Source: Candidatus Kaiserbacteria bacterium (GTDB lineage: Bacteria > Patescibacteriota > Minisyncoccia > Phycocordibacterales > UBA2100). From it: DNA of 64,000 nucleotides. Positions 28,165 to 37,650 of the stretch are shown piece by piece. The translations under genes and the position numbers were made by a program. Numbering within the stretch: position 1 is the first letter of the stretch; each line of letters starts with the position of its first letter. The stretch is from positions 207,656 through 271,655 of the forward strand of contig JACRFK010000003.1 of assembly GCA_016217925.1 (NCBI GenBank). The letters are read 5' to 3'. The notes beneath the pieces were generated by a model, which saw only the letters and a program-made list of their open reading frames with translations, searched no databases and was not told the DNA's origin.

Positions 28165-28203
28165 GGGCAGGTGGCGAAATTGGCGAATCAGCTGATTCGT
28201 GGC
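28165..28203 (+). pseudogene. tRNA 5'-half fragment (tRNA-Leu-like acceptor/D-arm)
   Basis: GGGCAGGTGGCGAAATTGGCGAATCAG shares the GGTGGCGAAATTGG D-arm with tRNA-Leu-TAA; no anticodon or T arm. Confidence 0.35.
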
Positions 28204-28233
28204 TTGGCCATGAAAACGCGCTCTTTTCAAAGT

Positions 28234-28315
28234 GCTGGGGTGGTGAAATTGGCAGACACGCAAGGTTTAGGACCTTGTGCCGCAAGGCGTGGAGGTTCAA
28301 GTCCTCTCCCCAGCA
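28234..28315 (+). tRNA. tRNA-Leu (anticodon TAG), type II
   Basis: GCTGGGG...CAAGG TTTAGGA CCTTG, long variable arm, GGTTCAAGTCC, CCCCAGC A. Confidence 0.8.
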
Positions 28316-28338
28316 CTTTGAACGGAACAAACAAATAG

Positions 28339-28650
28339 TTACTGAAAGAAACTCCCCGGTAGCATGATGTTGTTGGCGCGCGAGACGTCCGGATTGCGAA
28401 AGTCGAGGCCGAAGGTGTTGTCGAGCAGGTCGAGAATGCCGTAGACCGAGACCATGATGAGCATGCCTATGATGCCCCAGAGCATGTGCTGTTTTCCTTC
28501 TTCATTCTCCCCTCCCTCGTTCAAATTCCAGAGGAACTCCACGAGCCCGTAGACGAACAGAAAAAAGCCGGCCGCGAAGACGACAAGTATCACCGGATTT
28601 ATAATGTAGGTCACGAACCGGTCCATTATGTTCGTTGCTGCGTTTGTCAT
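28339..28650 (-). CDS. TrbC/VirB2-like pilin family small two-TM protein (paralog 1)
   Basis: 103 aa; TM1 ILVVFAAGFFLFVYGL, acidic loop NEGGENEEGK, TM2 WGIIGMLIMVSVYGILDLL. Confidence 0.45.
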   Translation of the reverse strand: MTNAATNIMDRFVTYIINPVILVVFAAGFFLFVYGLVEFLWNLNEGGENEEGKQHMLWGIIGMLIMVSVYGILDLLDNTFGLDFRNPDVSRANNIMLPGSFFQ

Positions 28651-28706
28651 AGTTAGACAGAGGCGATCAATAATGCGCCTTTTGGTTCACGAGAGATGCA
28701 TCCCTC

Positions 28707-29069
28707 TTAGTAGCCGCCGACGCCGGTGTTGATCTGAATGCCTTTTGGAATGACCGGGTCAGTGGAGGTCACCTTAAATGTGCTCTGCAAAAGGCGGATG
28801 ATGCCCCAGATGGAGACCATGACGAAGATGGCAATAACCCCATAGAACATGATAGATAAGCCTTCGCTCGCCTCCTCACCTGCGTGCATGAGGTACCTGA
28901 TAAGACCCCAGAAGAAAACGACGATCGCGAGCGTGATGAAGAGACCTATCATCGCGTTCAAGAACGTGTTGAAGAGGGCGAGTGTATCAAGCAGTGTCGC
29001 AGCACTTGCGAGCGCGGGGAGTGCGAGTGTCGCCGCTGCAAGAACCGAAGAACCTAGTATTTTACGCAT
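28707..29069 (-). CDS. TrbC/VirB2-like pilin family protein (paralog 2)
   Basis: Signal peptide; FFWGLIRYLMHAGEEASEGLSIMFYGVIAIFVMVSIWGIIRLLQSTF. Confidence 0.45.
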   Translation of the reverse strand: MRKILGSSVLAAATLALPALASAATLLDTLALFNTFLNAMIGLFITLAIVVFFWGLIRYLMHAGEEASEGLSIMFYGVIAIFVMVSIWGIIRLLQSTFKVTSTDPVIPKGIQINTGVGGY

Positions 29070-29341
29070 AAAATATAATATATGACCTCCGCTTTAGCTA
29101 ATATCTATGTACCTTAATGGTATAGCTATGCGCCTAAAACACAATATATGTTTGGGGATAACCGACTCCGCCGTGAGGTGACCCCGCTCGAAGAGAGCGC
29201 CCGTAGGGGCCGAATGTCGGCTACTGCCGATATGAGGCGGGTCAGGCACGCGCGAGCACGCGCGGGCCAAAAGTCGAGAAGGGTCCGGCACGTGCGGGCG
29301 CAAGCGACTCGCGGGCGTAGAGCGCACTGCCAACGAAGACA

Positions 29342-29752
29342 TTAGTGCTCCGCTGATTCTTTCTTCTCCCCGCCTCCCGATTTCGCAGCGATAACAACGA
29401 TGATCCAGACGATGATGACGGCTAGAATAAAGGACCCAACAAAGCGTGCTTCGCGCGGATGATACTGGAAGAATTGGACGATAGCCAAAAGCACGACCAG
29501 AACGAAAAGAATGACGACCGACCACTCCATGATCTTGATCGCTTCGGTGCGATACGTCGGCCACGTTCCAAGGCGCACGAACCACACGACAAACCCGGTG
29601 CCATAGATGACAAGCGCCGTCGTAAGCATAAGTCCTACGAACACGTTGAAAAGTCCTACCGCCTGCGCGAAGGAGGTTTCGGCACTTGCGTACACGGGCA
29701 ACACAAGCACGAGAGGCGCAAAAAGACGTAAGAAGTATAGTGTTGTTCGCAT
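29342..29752 (-). CDS. TrbC/VirB2-like pilin-related membrane protein (paralog 3, extended C-terminus)
   Basis: Start at internal MRTTLYFLRL; signal peptide; LFNVFVGLMLTTALVIYGTGFVVWFV; additional C-terminal TMs. Confidence 0.4.
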   Translation of the reverse strand: MRTTLYFLRLFAPLVLVLPVYASAETSFAQAVGLFNVFVGLMLTTALVIYGTGFVVWFVRLGTWPTYRTEAIKIMEWSVVILFVLVVLLAIVQFFQYHPREARFVGSFILAVIIVWIIVVIAAKSGGGEKKESAEH

Positions 29753-29762
29753 ATGGAATTCT

Positions 29763-30149
29763 CTATTCAGAAACAAATTGCGGTGTCTCGAAGCCGTTCG
29801 ACGCTGTCTGTACCTCACCAGTCGTCGGATTACCGACGCTGCCGCCGAAGAGCGTATCTTGCAACAGGCGTAAGATGCCCCAGATGGAGACCATCACGAA
29901 TAGAACAATGATGCCCCACAAAAAATACGCCCTGAGCTTTTCTCCGGCCTCATTGCTGAAATTAAGGATGTTGGTGGAAACTCCGTAGAAATAGACGACG
30001 ATGCCCGCGACCACGAGGACCGCCGTCGCGTCATTGAGTATGGTGACTACTACGTTGGAAAGCTCGAGAAATGTGCGCGGAGCCGAGGCAAAAGCCACCG
30101 CCGGCGTTGTGAGGAGTGCAAGGGCAAACACAAAGCGGAGCAGCGACAT
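29763..30149 (-). CDS. TrbC/VirB2-like pilin family protein (paralog 4)
   Basis: Start at internal MSLLRFVF; FYGVSTNILNFSNEAGEKLRAYFLWGIIVLFVMVSIWGILRLLQDTLFG. Confidence 0.45.
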   Translation of the reverse strand: MSLLRFVFALALLTTPAVAFASAPRTFLELSNVVVTILNDATAVLVVAGIVVYFYGVSTNILNFSNEAGEKLRAYFLWGIIVLFVMVSIWGILRLLQDTLFGGSVGNPTTGEVQTASNGFETPQFVSE

Positions 30150-30150
30150 A

Positions 30151-30516
30151 TCAGTTGCCGACGAGTTGTGTGACGGTCCCACCGATGAGTGTTGCGATAA
30201 CCCACGCACCGAGGATGAGCAGTGCGCCGATAATGACATATACAAAATTCTTTTTCGCTTCCTCAAGCTTGCTCGAATTGCCGCGTGCAAAAACGAACAT
30301 AAAGCCTGCTATGACGATAAAAAGCGCGATTATCGGCAGCGCAACGATGACAAGCACCTTCAATGCGCCTGCGATGAACGCGGGGATGGTACTGAAGTTG
30401 CTATTAAGCGGGTTCTCGAGATCTGCGTGCGCGATCACCACAGTGGCGAATGTGATAGCCGCGGAAGCAGCCACGGACGCAAGATGATGCGTGGTTCGAG
30501 TGAGGTGTTTCATCAT
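30151..30516 (-). CDS. TrbC/VirB2-like pilin family protein (paralog 5)
   Basis: Signal peptide; IIALFIVIAGFMFVFARGNSSKLEEAKKNFVYVIIGALLILGAWVIATL; ATGA overlap with upstream SBP gene. Confidence 0.45.
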   Translation of the reverse strand: MMKHLTRTTHHLASVAASAAITFATVVIAHADLENPLNSNFSTIPAFIAGALKVLVIVALPIIALFIVIAGFMFVFARGNSSKLEEAKKNFVYVIIGALLILGAWVIATLIGGTVTQLVGN

Positions 30517-31859
30517 AAGCCCAAAATATGTGCCATCTCCTGGTCCGCGCGCTGTACAGCCTCGGTGACAAGCAGTGTACCGCTCGTCGTATTCTCAATC
30601 ATAGCTTGGAAAAGTGCGCTTGTCTTATCGGGGTCGGGATCGAGCCAGGAGTGCGCAAGAATAGCTTGTTTGTTGAAGAGATCGTCGTTGCCCTGTGCCG
30701 GCTTGTTGAGGATGTCACGGCGTGCGCTTGGTATTCCGAGCGCAGTTGAGAGAGGACCGGCCGTATCGGCAGAGACGAGAAGGAATGCGACGGTAATTGC
30801 CCCTCCGGGATTCTTGCCCGCGCGAGAAGCCGCTAGAGCCCAAACGCGCCCCGTGTTAAGCGTGTTCTTTGCTGCGCGTACCTGCGGCATTGGCGCCACG
30901 GCATAATTGAGATTCGGGTTCATGCGTGTGATGCGCGGAGCCTCGCTTGCGTAGCCGATATAAAGAGCCACGTCGCCGGAGGCAAATGCTTTTTGGGATT
31001 CGGGAAGCGAGCGGCTCCAAGAGTAGTCGTTCTTCGACGGGTCGGAGAATTCCGTATAGAAACGCAGGGCGGAGGCCGTTGATTGTATCGACGTCGCCCC
31101 GACGCGCGGCGCGAGCGCCGGTGTGAGACGTCCGGCGTTATCAAATGCCGTAATATCACCACCAGCTTGAAGTATGAGAGTCGCGAGAATATCTTTTGCG
31201 TTCGTCACATTCCTGTATTCGCCGAGTGCGATCGCCGATTTCACGATCGAGCCACTCTCGTTGCGCTCACTCGTCTTTTGCGCAATACCGAAAAGCTCAT
31301 CCCAATACTTCGGCGGTTGTGCGTATCCGGCAGAGGCGAGCATGTCTTTGTTCCAGTAGAGGACGAGTGGATCGGCGAGAAGCGGCACAGCTATCACACC
31401 GTTTTGTGCGAGAAATGGTCTTGCCGCCTCGACGAACGTACTCTCAAATTGAGTCCGGGATAAAGCGGAGAACGGGATCACTGATACTTTACCCGCATTT
31501 TTTAGGGCGTAATCCTGTCGCATTAAGAAAAGGTCGGGGCCAGCCCCGCTTGCAAGCGCGTTGATGAGATCCGCCTCGAAAGTCACTGGATCTTTTTGCT
31601 CGTAGGTTACCTGACTCAACTGTGCGTTGTTCTCGGCGGCTTGGCGAAGGACGGTAGCGAAGGCATTCTGATCGAGTGTGCCCCATATACGTACCGGCCC
31701 GATCGCACTGCCTTGCCCGCCACCGATAGCAAGCGCGAATATGAGCACGCCGGAAATGGCGAGACCGCCAAAAACGACGAGTAGTGTTATCTGGAACATC
31801 GAAAGTTTTTTCATCCCGCTCTTTTTATGTTTGTAAATATTGTTTTCATAGTACTCCAA
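30513..31859 (-). CDS. extracellular solute-binding protein, ABC family 1 (orphan, membrane-anchored)
   Basis: 448 aa; N-terminal TM, periplasmic-binding-protein type 2 fold sequence; no adjacent permease or ATPase. Confidence 0.65.
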   Translation of the reverse strand: MEYYENNIYKHKKSGMKKLSMFQITLLVVFGGLAISGVLIFALAIGGGQGSAIGPVRIWGTLDQNAFATVLRQAAENNAQLSQVTYEQKDPVTFEADLINALASGAGPDLFLMRQDYALKNAGKVSVIPFSALSRTQFESTFVEAARPFLAQNGVIAVPLLADPLVLYWNKDMLASAGYAQPPKYWDELFGIAQKTSERNESGSIVKSAIALGEYRNVTNAKDILATLILQAGGDITAFDNAGRLTPALAPRVGATSIQSTASALRFYTEFSDPSKNDYSWSRSLPESQKAFASGDVALYIGYASEAPRITRMNPNLNYAVAPMPQVRAAKNTLNTGRVWALAASRAGKNPGGAITVAFLLVSADTAGPLSTALGIPSARRDILNKPAQGNDDLFNKQAILAHSWLDPDPDKTSALFQAMIENTTSGTLLVTEAVQRADQEMAHILGL

Positions 31860-31864
31860 ATTTT

Positions 31865-31882
31865 GAAAGGGCGGGATTCATG
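31865..31882 (+). repeat. copy of GAAAGGGCGGGATTCATG motif (M1)
   Basis: Identical 18-mer to the reverse complement of 8225..8242; intergenic between two minus-strand genes. Confidence 0.5.
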
Positions 31883-32477
31883 ATGTTTTTTGCGGGACGA
31901 GACGAAGGATCAGCCCATAATGATGGCCCCCTGCGGAAAATTCGCGTAACAGTTTGAAGCCGTTTTCCTGTGCGAGCTTGAGCGCCTTCTCTTTTCCGAC
32001 AATAGCCTCCTTGCTTGGACCGAAGGAACTTGCCCCGTTGGAACGCGAAACGTTTCCAATGGGGTCGCTCCAATCAATGATAGCAAGTTTTCCCGTGGGT
32101 TTGAGTACTCTCCACGCTTCGGCAAGCACTGCGGCTTTGTTCTCGATCTGGAACAAAAGATTCGAGATGAGCACAAGGTCGAGCGTCTTGTCCGCAATTT
32201 TGGAGGCCCCCGGGTGTTCGAGGTCCGTCCATATCACATCCACATTCTTGAATCCGCGCCGATGTGCCTCGTTCTTCACTCGTTTCAAGAGGTCCTGCTG
32301 CACATCTATTGCGTATACACGGCCAGCATGTTCGAGCGCCTCGGCGATATGGAGTACGTAGATGCCGCTGCCCGAGCCAAAATCGGCGACTGACATTCCG
32401 GGCTCAACACCGAGCGCCGCGACATTGCGCTTCGGGTGCGCAAAACTCGCCGTCTGTAGCGGAGTACTTGTAGACAT
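31878..32477 (-). CDS. class I SAM-dependent methyltransferase
   Basis: 199 aa; motif I VADFGSGSGIY; DVIWTDLEHP. Confidence 0.7.
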   Translation of the reverse strand: MSTSTPLQTASFAHPKRNVAALGVEPGMSVADFGSGSGIYVLHIAEALEHAGRVYAIDVQQDLLKRVKNEAHRRGFKNVDVIWTDLEHPGASKIADKTLDLVLISNLLFQIENKAAVLAEAWRVLKPTGKLAIIDWSDPIGNVSRSNGASSFGPSKEAIVGKEKALKLAQENGFKLLREFSAGGHHYGLILRLVPQKTS

Positions 32478-32541
32478 TGCGTACAGTATATACTGCGCGC
32501 GAGTTCGCGAGCTCTATAAGAAAGCGCTCCTGGGGAAATTC

Positions 32542-35100
32542 TTATTCTGCTACGGCGACCGCTTCGAACACCACGAACGATGCGACCGAATCCCCTTCGC
32601 GCATTTTCATCACACGCACTCCCTGCGTCGCGCGACTGAGGGTCGGGATTTCGTCTAAACCTGTACGAATGGTCTGACTTTTCTTGGACATCGCGACGAG
32701 CTCGCCGCCGCGCGCGAGCACAACTGCGGCGCCGACAAGCTGCTTGGTCTTTGCGGTGATTGACATCGTTTTGATACCGCTACCGCCGCGACCCTGCTTC
32801 TTGTATTCCGAAAGTTTTGTCTTCTTGCCGTACCCTGTCGAAGAAAGAACGAGAAGCTCGGCGTCTTTTCCTCCGGAGGAGGATCTGCCTCCGGCAGACA
32901 CGCCCTTCGGTACGATGCCCGTGCCGACGATGTTATCTCCGCTTCCCAGTTTCATGCCGCGCACACCCGCCGCCTGCCGGCCCATCTCACGCACGTCTTT
33001 GACCGCGAAGCGAATGGCCTGCCCTTTCGACGTCGCCAAGACCGCATCATCACCCGGGTATACGAATTGTGCGGAAATAAGGGCGTCGCCCTTGTCGAGG
33101 CCGATGGCGATAAGCCCGCTGCGGCGTACCTCGTGGAATTGCGACGCGGCTACGCGCTTCACCGTACCATTCCTCGTCGCCATCAGGAGCGAGAGACCTT
33201 CGACGGCTTTCTTTTCTTTCGGCATCGCGAGGATGGAGGTGATTTGTTCGCCTTGTTCAAGCGAGATGAAATTCATAATGGATTTTCCCTTGGTGGCGCG
33301 CTTGCCTTCGGGGAGGTCGTACATTTTGAGCTGGTAGACTTTGCCGCGGTCCGAGAAAAAGAGGAGGTCCGAGTGCGCGCTTGCGGTCAAAAATTGCGTG
33401 ACGAAATCTTCTTCCTTGGTGTCGAGGTCGACGACGCCGACGCCGCCGCGCTTTTGCCTGCGGTACTCAGCCGGATTCGTGCGCTTGATGTAGCCGCCCT
33501 GCGTGAGTACCAAGACGGAGTCCTCGTCGGCAATCAGGTCTTCGGCGGAAAGTATCGTCGCGCCGCGCTTCACGATTTTCGTGCGGCGGTCGTCGCCGTA
33601 CTTTTCGACGACCTCGCGCAACTCCTTCTTGATGAGCTCCATGAGCTTCTTCTCGCTCTTCAAAAGCGCGGTCAATTCTTCGATGAGCGTCTGTACCGCT
33701 TTCAATTCGTCTTCTATCTTCTTGCGTTCGAGCCCCGCGAGCTTTTGCAGACGCATGTCGAGAATCGCATTGGCCTGCAGCTCGGAAAATCTTCCTCCGA
33801 AGGAGGACCCGCCTCCGGCGGGGATCTTTCCCATCAACTGCGCCCGCGCGTCGTCCACGTCTTTGGACTTCTTGATGAGCCTGATTATCTCGTCGATGTG
33901 GTCAAGCGCTTTCTTTAGGCCGAGAAGGATATGCTCGCGCGCCTGTGCGATTTTGAGATCGTACCGGGTGCGGCGTGTGACCACCTCTTTGCGGTGCGCG
34001 ACGAAGTATTCAAGAAGTGCTTTGAGCGAAAGCGTCTGCGGCACGCCATCGACGAGCGCGACGACGTTGTAGTGGAAGGTCTCTTCAAGCTGCGTGTGTT
34101 TGTAGAGATAATTGAGCACCGTCTGGGCGTTGGCGTTGTTCTTCAATTCGATGACAACGCGGATGTCTTTGGTGCTTTCGTCGCGGATATCGCGGATGCC
34201 TTCGAGCTTTTTTTCATGCACGAGGTCGGCGATTTTCGTGAGCAGGTCCGACTTATTTACGCGAAACGGTATCGAGGTGACGACTATCTGATAGTCGCCC
34301 TTCTTGCCCTCGGCAATTTCCGCATCTCCGCGCACGACGACTCCCCCGCGGCCCGTGGTGTATGCGTGTCTGATGTCGGTCTGATTGAAAGCGATACAAC
34401 CTGTTGGGAAATCCGGCCCTTGAACGAATTTCAAAAGGTCTTCGGTCGTCGCATCGGGATTTTCTATCAGGTGAATGGTCGCCTCGCCGACTTCGCGGAG
34501 ATTGTGCGGAGGGATGTTGGTCGCCATACCGACCGCGATGCCGAGCGTGCCGTTCAGAAGAAGATTGGGTGTTGCTGATGGCAAGACGGTCGGCTCCTGC
34601 TTTGTGTTGTCATAATTCGGAGCGTAATCCACCGTCTCTTTCTCGATATCGCGCATCATCTCGCCCGCGAGCCGCGACATCTTGGCTTCGGTATAGCGGT
34701 AGGCGGCCGCACCGTCGCCGTCGATGGAGCCGAAGTTGCCTTGGCCCACGATGAGCGGGTAGCGCATCGTGAAATCCTGCGCCATCTTCACCATCGCGTC
34801 GTACACCGATGCGTCGCCGTGCGGATGGTATTTGCCGAGCACGTCGCCGACCACGGTCGCGGATTTGCGGGTCTTGGCTGAGACGGTGAGACCGGCTTCT
34901 TGCATCGCGAATAGGATGCGGCGGTGTACCGGCTTGAGCCCATCGCGGACATCGGGAAGTGCGCGCGCGGTGATGACGGACATCGCGTAGTCGAGGTACG
35001 ACTCGCGCATTTCGGTCGAGATAGAACGAGCGCGGACCCCTTCGGGTCGCGCTATCGGAGCAGATGTTTCCTCGTTTTTCCTCGCTGCCATGATGGACAC
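32542..35100 (-). CDS. gyrA: DNA gyrase subunit A
   Basis: 852 aa; active-site Tyr region [23 protein letters not shown]; C-terminal beta-pinwheel. Carries two in-frame copies of the ~30-nt palindromic element (AGGRSSSGG; AGGGSSFGG). Confidence 0.9.
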   Translation of the reverse strand: MSIMAARKNEETSAPIARPEGVRARSISTEMRESYLDYAMSVITARALPDVRDGLKPVHRRILFAMQEAGLTVSAKTRKSATVVGDVLGKYHPHGDASVYDAMVKMAQDFTMRYPLIVGQGNFGSIDGDGAAAYRYTEAKMSRLAGEMMRDIEKETVDYAPNYDNTKQEPTVLPSATPNLLLNGTLGIAVGMATNIPPHNLREVGEATIHLIENPDATTEDLLKFVQGPDFPTGCIAFNQTDIRHAYTTGRGGVVVRGDAEIAEGKKGDYQIVVTSIPFRVNKSDLLTKIADLVHEKKLEGIRDIRDESTKDIRVVIELKNNANAQTVLNYLYKHTQLEETFHYNVVALVDGVPQTLSLKALLEYFVAHRKEVVTRRTRYDLKIAQAREHILLGLKKALDHIDEIIRLIKKSKDVDDARAQLMGKIPAGGGSSFGGRFSELQANAILDMRLQKLAGLERKKIEDELKAVQTLIEELTALLKSEKKLMELIKKELREVVEKYGDDRRTKIVKRGATILSAEDLIADEDSVLVLTQGGYIKRTNPAEYRRQKRGGVGVVDLDTKEEDFVTQFLTASAHSDLLFFSDRGKVYQLKMYDLPEGKRATKGKSIMNFISLEQGEQITSILAMPKEKKAVEGLSLLMATRNGTVKRVAASQFHEVRRSGLIAIGLDKGDALISAQFVYPGDDAVLATSKGQAIRFAVKDVREMGRQAAGVRGMKLGSGDNIVGTGIVPKGVSAGGRSSSGGKDAELLVLSSTGYGKKTKLSEYKKQGRGGSGIKTMSITAKTKQLVGAAVVLARGGELVAMSKKSQTIRTGLDEIPTLSRATQGVRVMKMREGDSVASFVVFEAVAVAE
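32868..32896. repeat. ~30-nt palindromic in-frame element, gyrA copy 1 (CTD)
   Basis: TTCCTCCGGAGGAGGATCTGCCTCCGGC; encodes AGGRSSSGG on the coding strand. Confidence 0.7.
33790..33824. repeat. ~30-nt palindromic in-frame element, gyrA copy 2
   Basis: TCTTCCTCCGAAGGAGGACCCGCCTCCGGCGGGGA; encodes [11 protein letters not shown]. Confidence 0.7.
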
Positions 35101-35241
35101 ATTATAGCAAAAAACGGCCCTCCATGCACGCTCACTTTGTCGGCGGTTTATTGACTTTCGACGCCATTCAACGCATACTCTTGGCTGTAAATAGTTGCGT
35201 TTTGTTGCGTCTGCGTTTCCCCAAAATAGGAGAAACCAGCG

Positions 35242-35514
35242 ATGCAGAAAAAGAAAGAGGGGGTAGGCGTGAAGACCGACCCCTTGGCCCTGCGCGTTAC
35301 GAGCTGCACACCGACCGAATGCGAAGTTGATGTGCCGAATGAGTTCCTGACGCTTTTCTGTAGACGGTGTCAGGACGGCACGGCGATGTGCACAAGTTGG
35401 TCGCGGTGGAGTAGTGACTCCCCCGGTTCCCCTTCACCTTCGGCGCGAGCCGAAGCAGAGAAAGTCGCCACAGAAGCAATCAGGAAGAAGCGGGAGGAGG
35501 CGCCGGCAGCATGA
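35242..35514 (+). CDS. hypothetical small Cys-containing protein
   Basis: Preceded by TTGACT, 17 nt, CATACT and an AGGAG RBS; CTPTECEVD...[12 protein letters not shown]. Confidence 0.4.
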   Translation: MQKKKEGVGVKTDPLALRVTSCTPTECEVDVPNEFLTLFCRRCQDGTAMCTSWSRWSSDSPGSPSPSARAEAEKVATEAIRKKREEAPAA

Positions 35515-35894
35515 CTAAAATGTACAAGGGAAGGCCCGTCAAAGGCTTTCGAGACCCGCCGCCACCCATCCCAGTCATCTATCGCGGTACCCACGAAGAC
35601 GCAGAGGGCAACCTCGTCGCGGAGTGTCTCGTCGTGCACGGGAAGCGGAAGTTCTGCTTCTGGTGTTCGCAACCGCTCGGAGAAAAGACCGCATGGAGTG
35701 AAGTGCACGGCATGGTAGTCGACGACCGCATTCTCCCGGAGCTGCCGCGGGGATTCGAGAAACTGCGGCCGCTTCGCAAACCCGGAAAGTTCGTGTCGTA
35801 TCAGGCGAAACGAGCAGCTTTCGCTGTCCTGCGAGAAGTGCGGTCAAAAGAACACTTTCGCAGGACGCACCCTTCGCTCTTTCCTGAAGCCTGA
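35511..35894 (+). CDS. hypothetical protein (Cys-x-x-Cys containing)
   Basis: ATGA overlap with upstream ORF; CLVVHGKRKFCFWC; strong terminator directly downstream. Confidence 0.4.
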   Translation: MTKMYKGRPVKGFRDPPPPIPVIYRGTHEDAEGNLVAECLVVHGKRKFCFWCSQPLGEKTAWSEVHGMVVDDRILPELPRGFEKLRPLRKPGKFVSYQAKRAAFAVLREVRSKEHFRRTHPSLFPEA

Positions 35895-35904
35895 ACTGGA
35901 CAAG

Positions 35905-35938
35905 TCCCACCGCGAAGTTTCGCGGTGGGCGATTTTTT
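35905..35938. terminator. bidirectional intrinsic terminator
   Basis: CCCACCGCGAAGTTTCGCGGTGGG followed by CGATTTTTTTT; sits between convergent genes. Confidence 0.65.
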
Positions 35939-36313
35939 TTAATAAGTCGGATTTTGGGTGCCGAATTGGTCGGGCTGGTTGCCTTGCTGCTCTTGCACAC
36001 CCGTTTGCTGTTGGAATTGCATCTGCCCCGATGCTGCATCGTCGCGGAGCTTTTGGAGATCTTGGGGAGAGACAGTGAATTGTTGCTGCAATTGCTCCTG
36101 CGCATCTCTAACGCTCGAAAAATTGAATTCATCTTGCGCGCCGCCGCTCAGATTGAGCTGCTGTGAATTTCTCTGGATGTTACGAAAGAAAAATATCGCC
36201 CATGCGGCGAGGAGGACTACGACTACAGAGATAGCGATGCCGCTCGCGACGGCTACTTTGTCGTCCTTCGGCCCCTGCTTGAGATTGTTTATCGCCTTCT
36301 GGACCACCATCAC
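35939..36313 (-). CDS. hypothetical membrane-anchored Gln-rich protein
   Basis: 124 aa; TM ISVVVVLLAAWAIFFF then Q-rich low-complexity tail; ends at terminator. Confidence 0.4.
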   Translation of the reverse strand: MMVVQKAINNLKQGPKDDKVAVASGIAISVVVVLLAAWAIFFFRNIQRNSQQLNLSGGAQDEFNFSSVRDAQEQLQQQFTVSPQDLQKLRDDAASGQMQFQQQTGVQEQQGNQPDQFGTQNPTY

Positions 36314-36335
36314 ACTATTGTACTATATTGTCGCG

Positions 36336-36956
36336 CTACGAAGATAGAACCACGACTTCATTCTCTTTGCCCGCGACATCGCGCGGCTTGATGGTGAGTT
36401 TGTCCACGGGCTTCGTGCCCTCCTCGCCTGCTTCTTTCAAAAATCGTTTGAGCGATTTGTCGTCGTACAAAATCGGGATGATTATTTTCGCTTCGAGCTT
36501 CACCGCAAGCTTCTGCGCCTCCGCCGGTGTGAGGGCGCCATTGCCCCCGATGGGGACGATGAGCACATCGGGTGAATCCATTTCAAGCACGTCGCCCGGC
36601 AAATCGAGATCGCCGAGTGCGCCGAGGTAGAGAATGGACATCCCGTCGAAGTGGGCATAGTAGATGGTGTTGATGCGAGGGTCATTCCCGTATTTGGAGC
36701 CCGATGCAAATCCCGCGATGGTCATGTCTTTCACCTCATACTCTCCAGGGCCTGAAATAATGAACGGCTGCCTTTCTCCGCGCGCCGCCTCTTCGGCGCC
36801 GTTCATATCGGGATGATTGAAAGAAATGAAAGCGACATCGGCGCCAAAATTCGTCGGTTTGAAATTTTTGGATTGTTTGGAGACGGGCCCGAAGACGACA
36901 GTCGTGTCCCCCGCCGCAGCGCGTATGCAAGCACCCTCGTGAAAAGTGAGAATCAT
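36336..36956 (-). CDS. MBL-fold metallo-hydrolase (UPF0173-like)
   Basis: ISFNHPDMNG (HxHxD-like), DVLIVPIGG, IIIPILYDD; about 207 aa. Confidence 0.6.
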   Translation of the reverse strand: MILTFHEGACIRAAAGDTTVVFGPVSKQSKNFKPTNFGADVAFISFNHPDMNGAEEAARGERQPFIISGPGEYEVKDMTIAGFASGSKYGNDPRINTIYYAHFDGMSILYLGALGDLDLPGDVLEMDSPDVLIVPIGGNGALTPAEAQKLAVKLEAKIIIPILYDDKSLKRFLKEAGEEGTKPVDKLTIKPRDVAGKENEVVVLSS

Positions 36957-37126
36957 GCCGCTATTATATAGCAATTTTGCTGTCCCCTAAAGGACACAGC
37001 ATGTCCTTGACGTTATCTTCATGGAACCCATACTGCGAGTAGCTGCCTGATCTTTCCTAGGGTGGCTAGTCGGCCACCTTGGCCGGCTCTTTAACTTTCA
37101 ACGGAAAGAAAACAGGAGCGAAACGA

Positions 37127-37570
37127 ATGACTCGTTTGAGAACGTTGTTGATGACAACGGCAGCAATCGCAGCCATGGCCATCGGTCTCGCTACAACCGT
37201 GCAAGCGACCGGTCCGGTTCTCGGCACCACGCTTGCTTCGTCGACTTTCAGCACAGGCCAAGCCGGTCCATCGCTGAAGATCGACGCGTTCAAGAGCACC
37301 GCGCTGCAGGCCATCCAGAGCCAGACGCAGTTCGAGCAGGCTATCGCCACGTCGGTCTACTTCGGCGACGGCACCGGCAAGAAGCTGGTCGGCGACAACG
37401 AGGCGGCGAAAACGGGTGCGACGTGGGCTATCACGTCAAGCACGGTCGGCTTCTACCGCATGCAGGCGCAGGTGCGCGGCTTCGACATCAAGGACGTCGC
37501 CGTCATCGACAAGGCCAAGCATAGCGTGATTACCCGGTTCGTTCCGCGGCAGGTGCTCTATACTTCGTGA
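37127..37570 (+). CDS. hypothetical secreted protein
   Basis: Signal peptide MTRLRTLLMTTAAIAAMAIGLATTVQA; AGGAG RBS; followed by terminator. Confidence 0.5.
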   Translation: MTRLRTLLMTTAAIAAMAIGLATTVQATGPVLGTTLASSTFSTGQAGPSLKIDAFKSTALQAIQSQTQFEQAIATSVYFGDGTGKKLVGDNEAAKTGATWAITSSTVGFYRMQAQVRGFDIKDVAVIDKAKHSVITRFVPRQVLYTS

Positions 37571-37617
37571 ACCACAACGTCTACAACGTTCTGATGAACG
37601 CATGTAGCGTTCGTTAG

Positions 37618-37650
37618 TGGAACCCCGGGCGGGAAACTGCCCGGGGTTTT
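37618..37650 (+). terminator. rho-independent terminator
   Basis: AACCCCGGGCGGGAAACTGCCCGGGGTTTTCAT. Confidence 0.6.
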
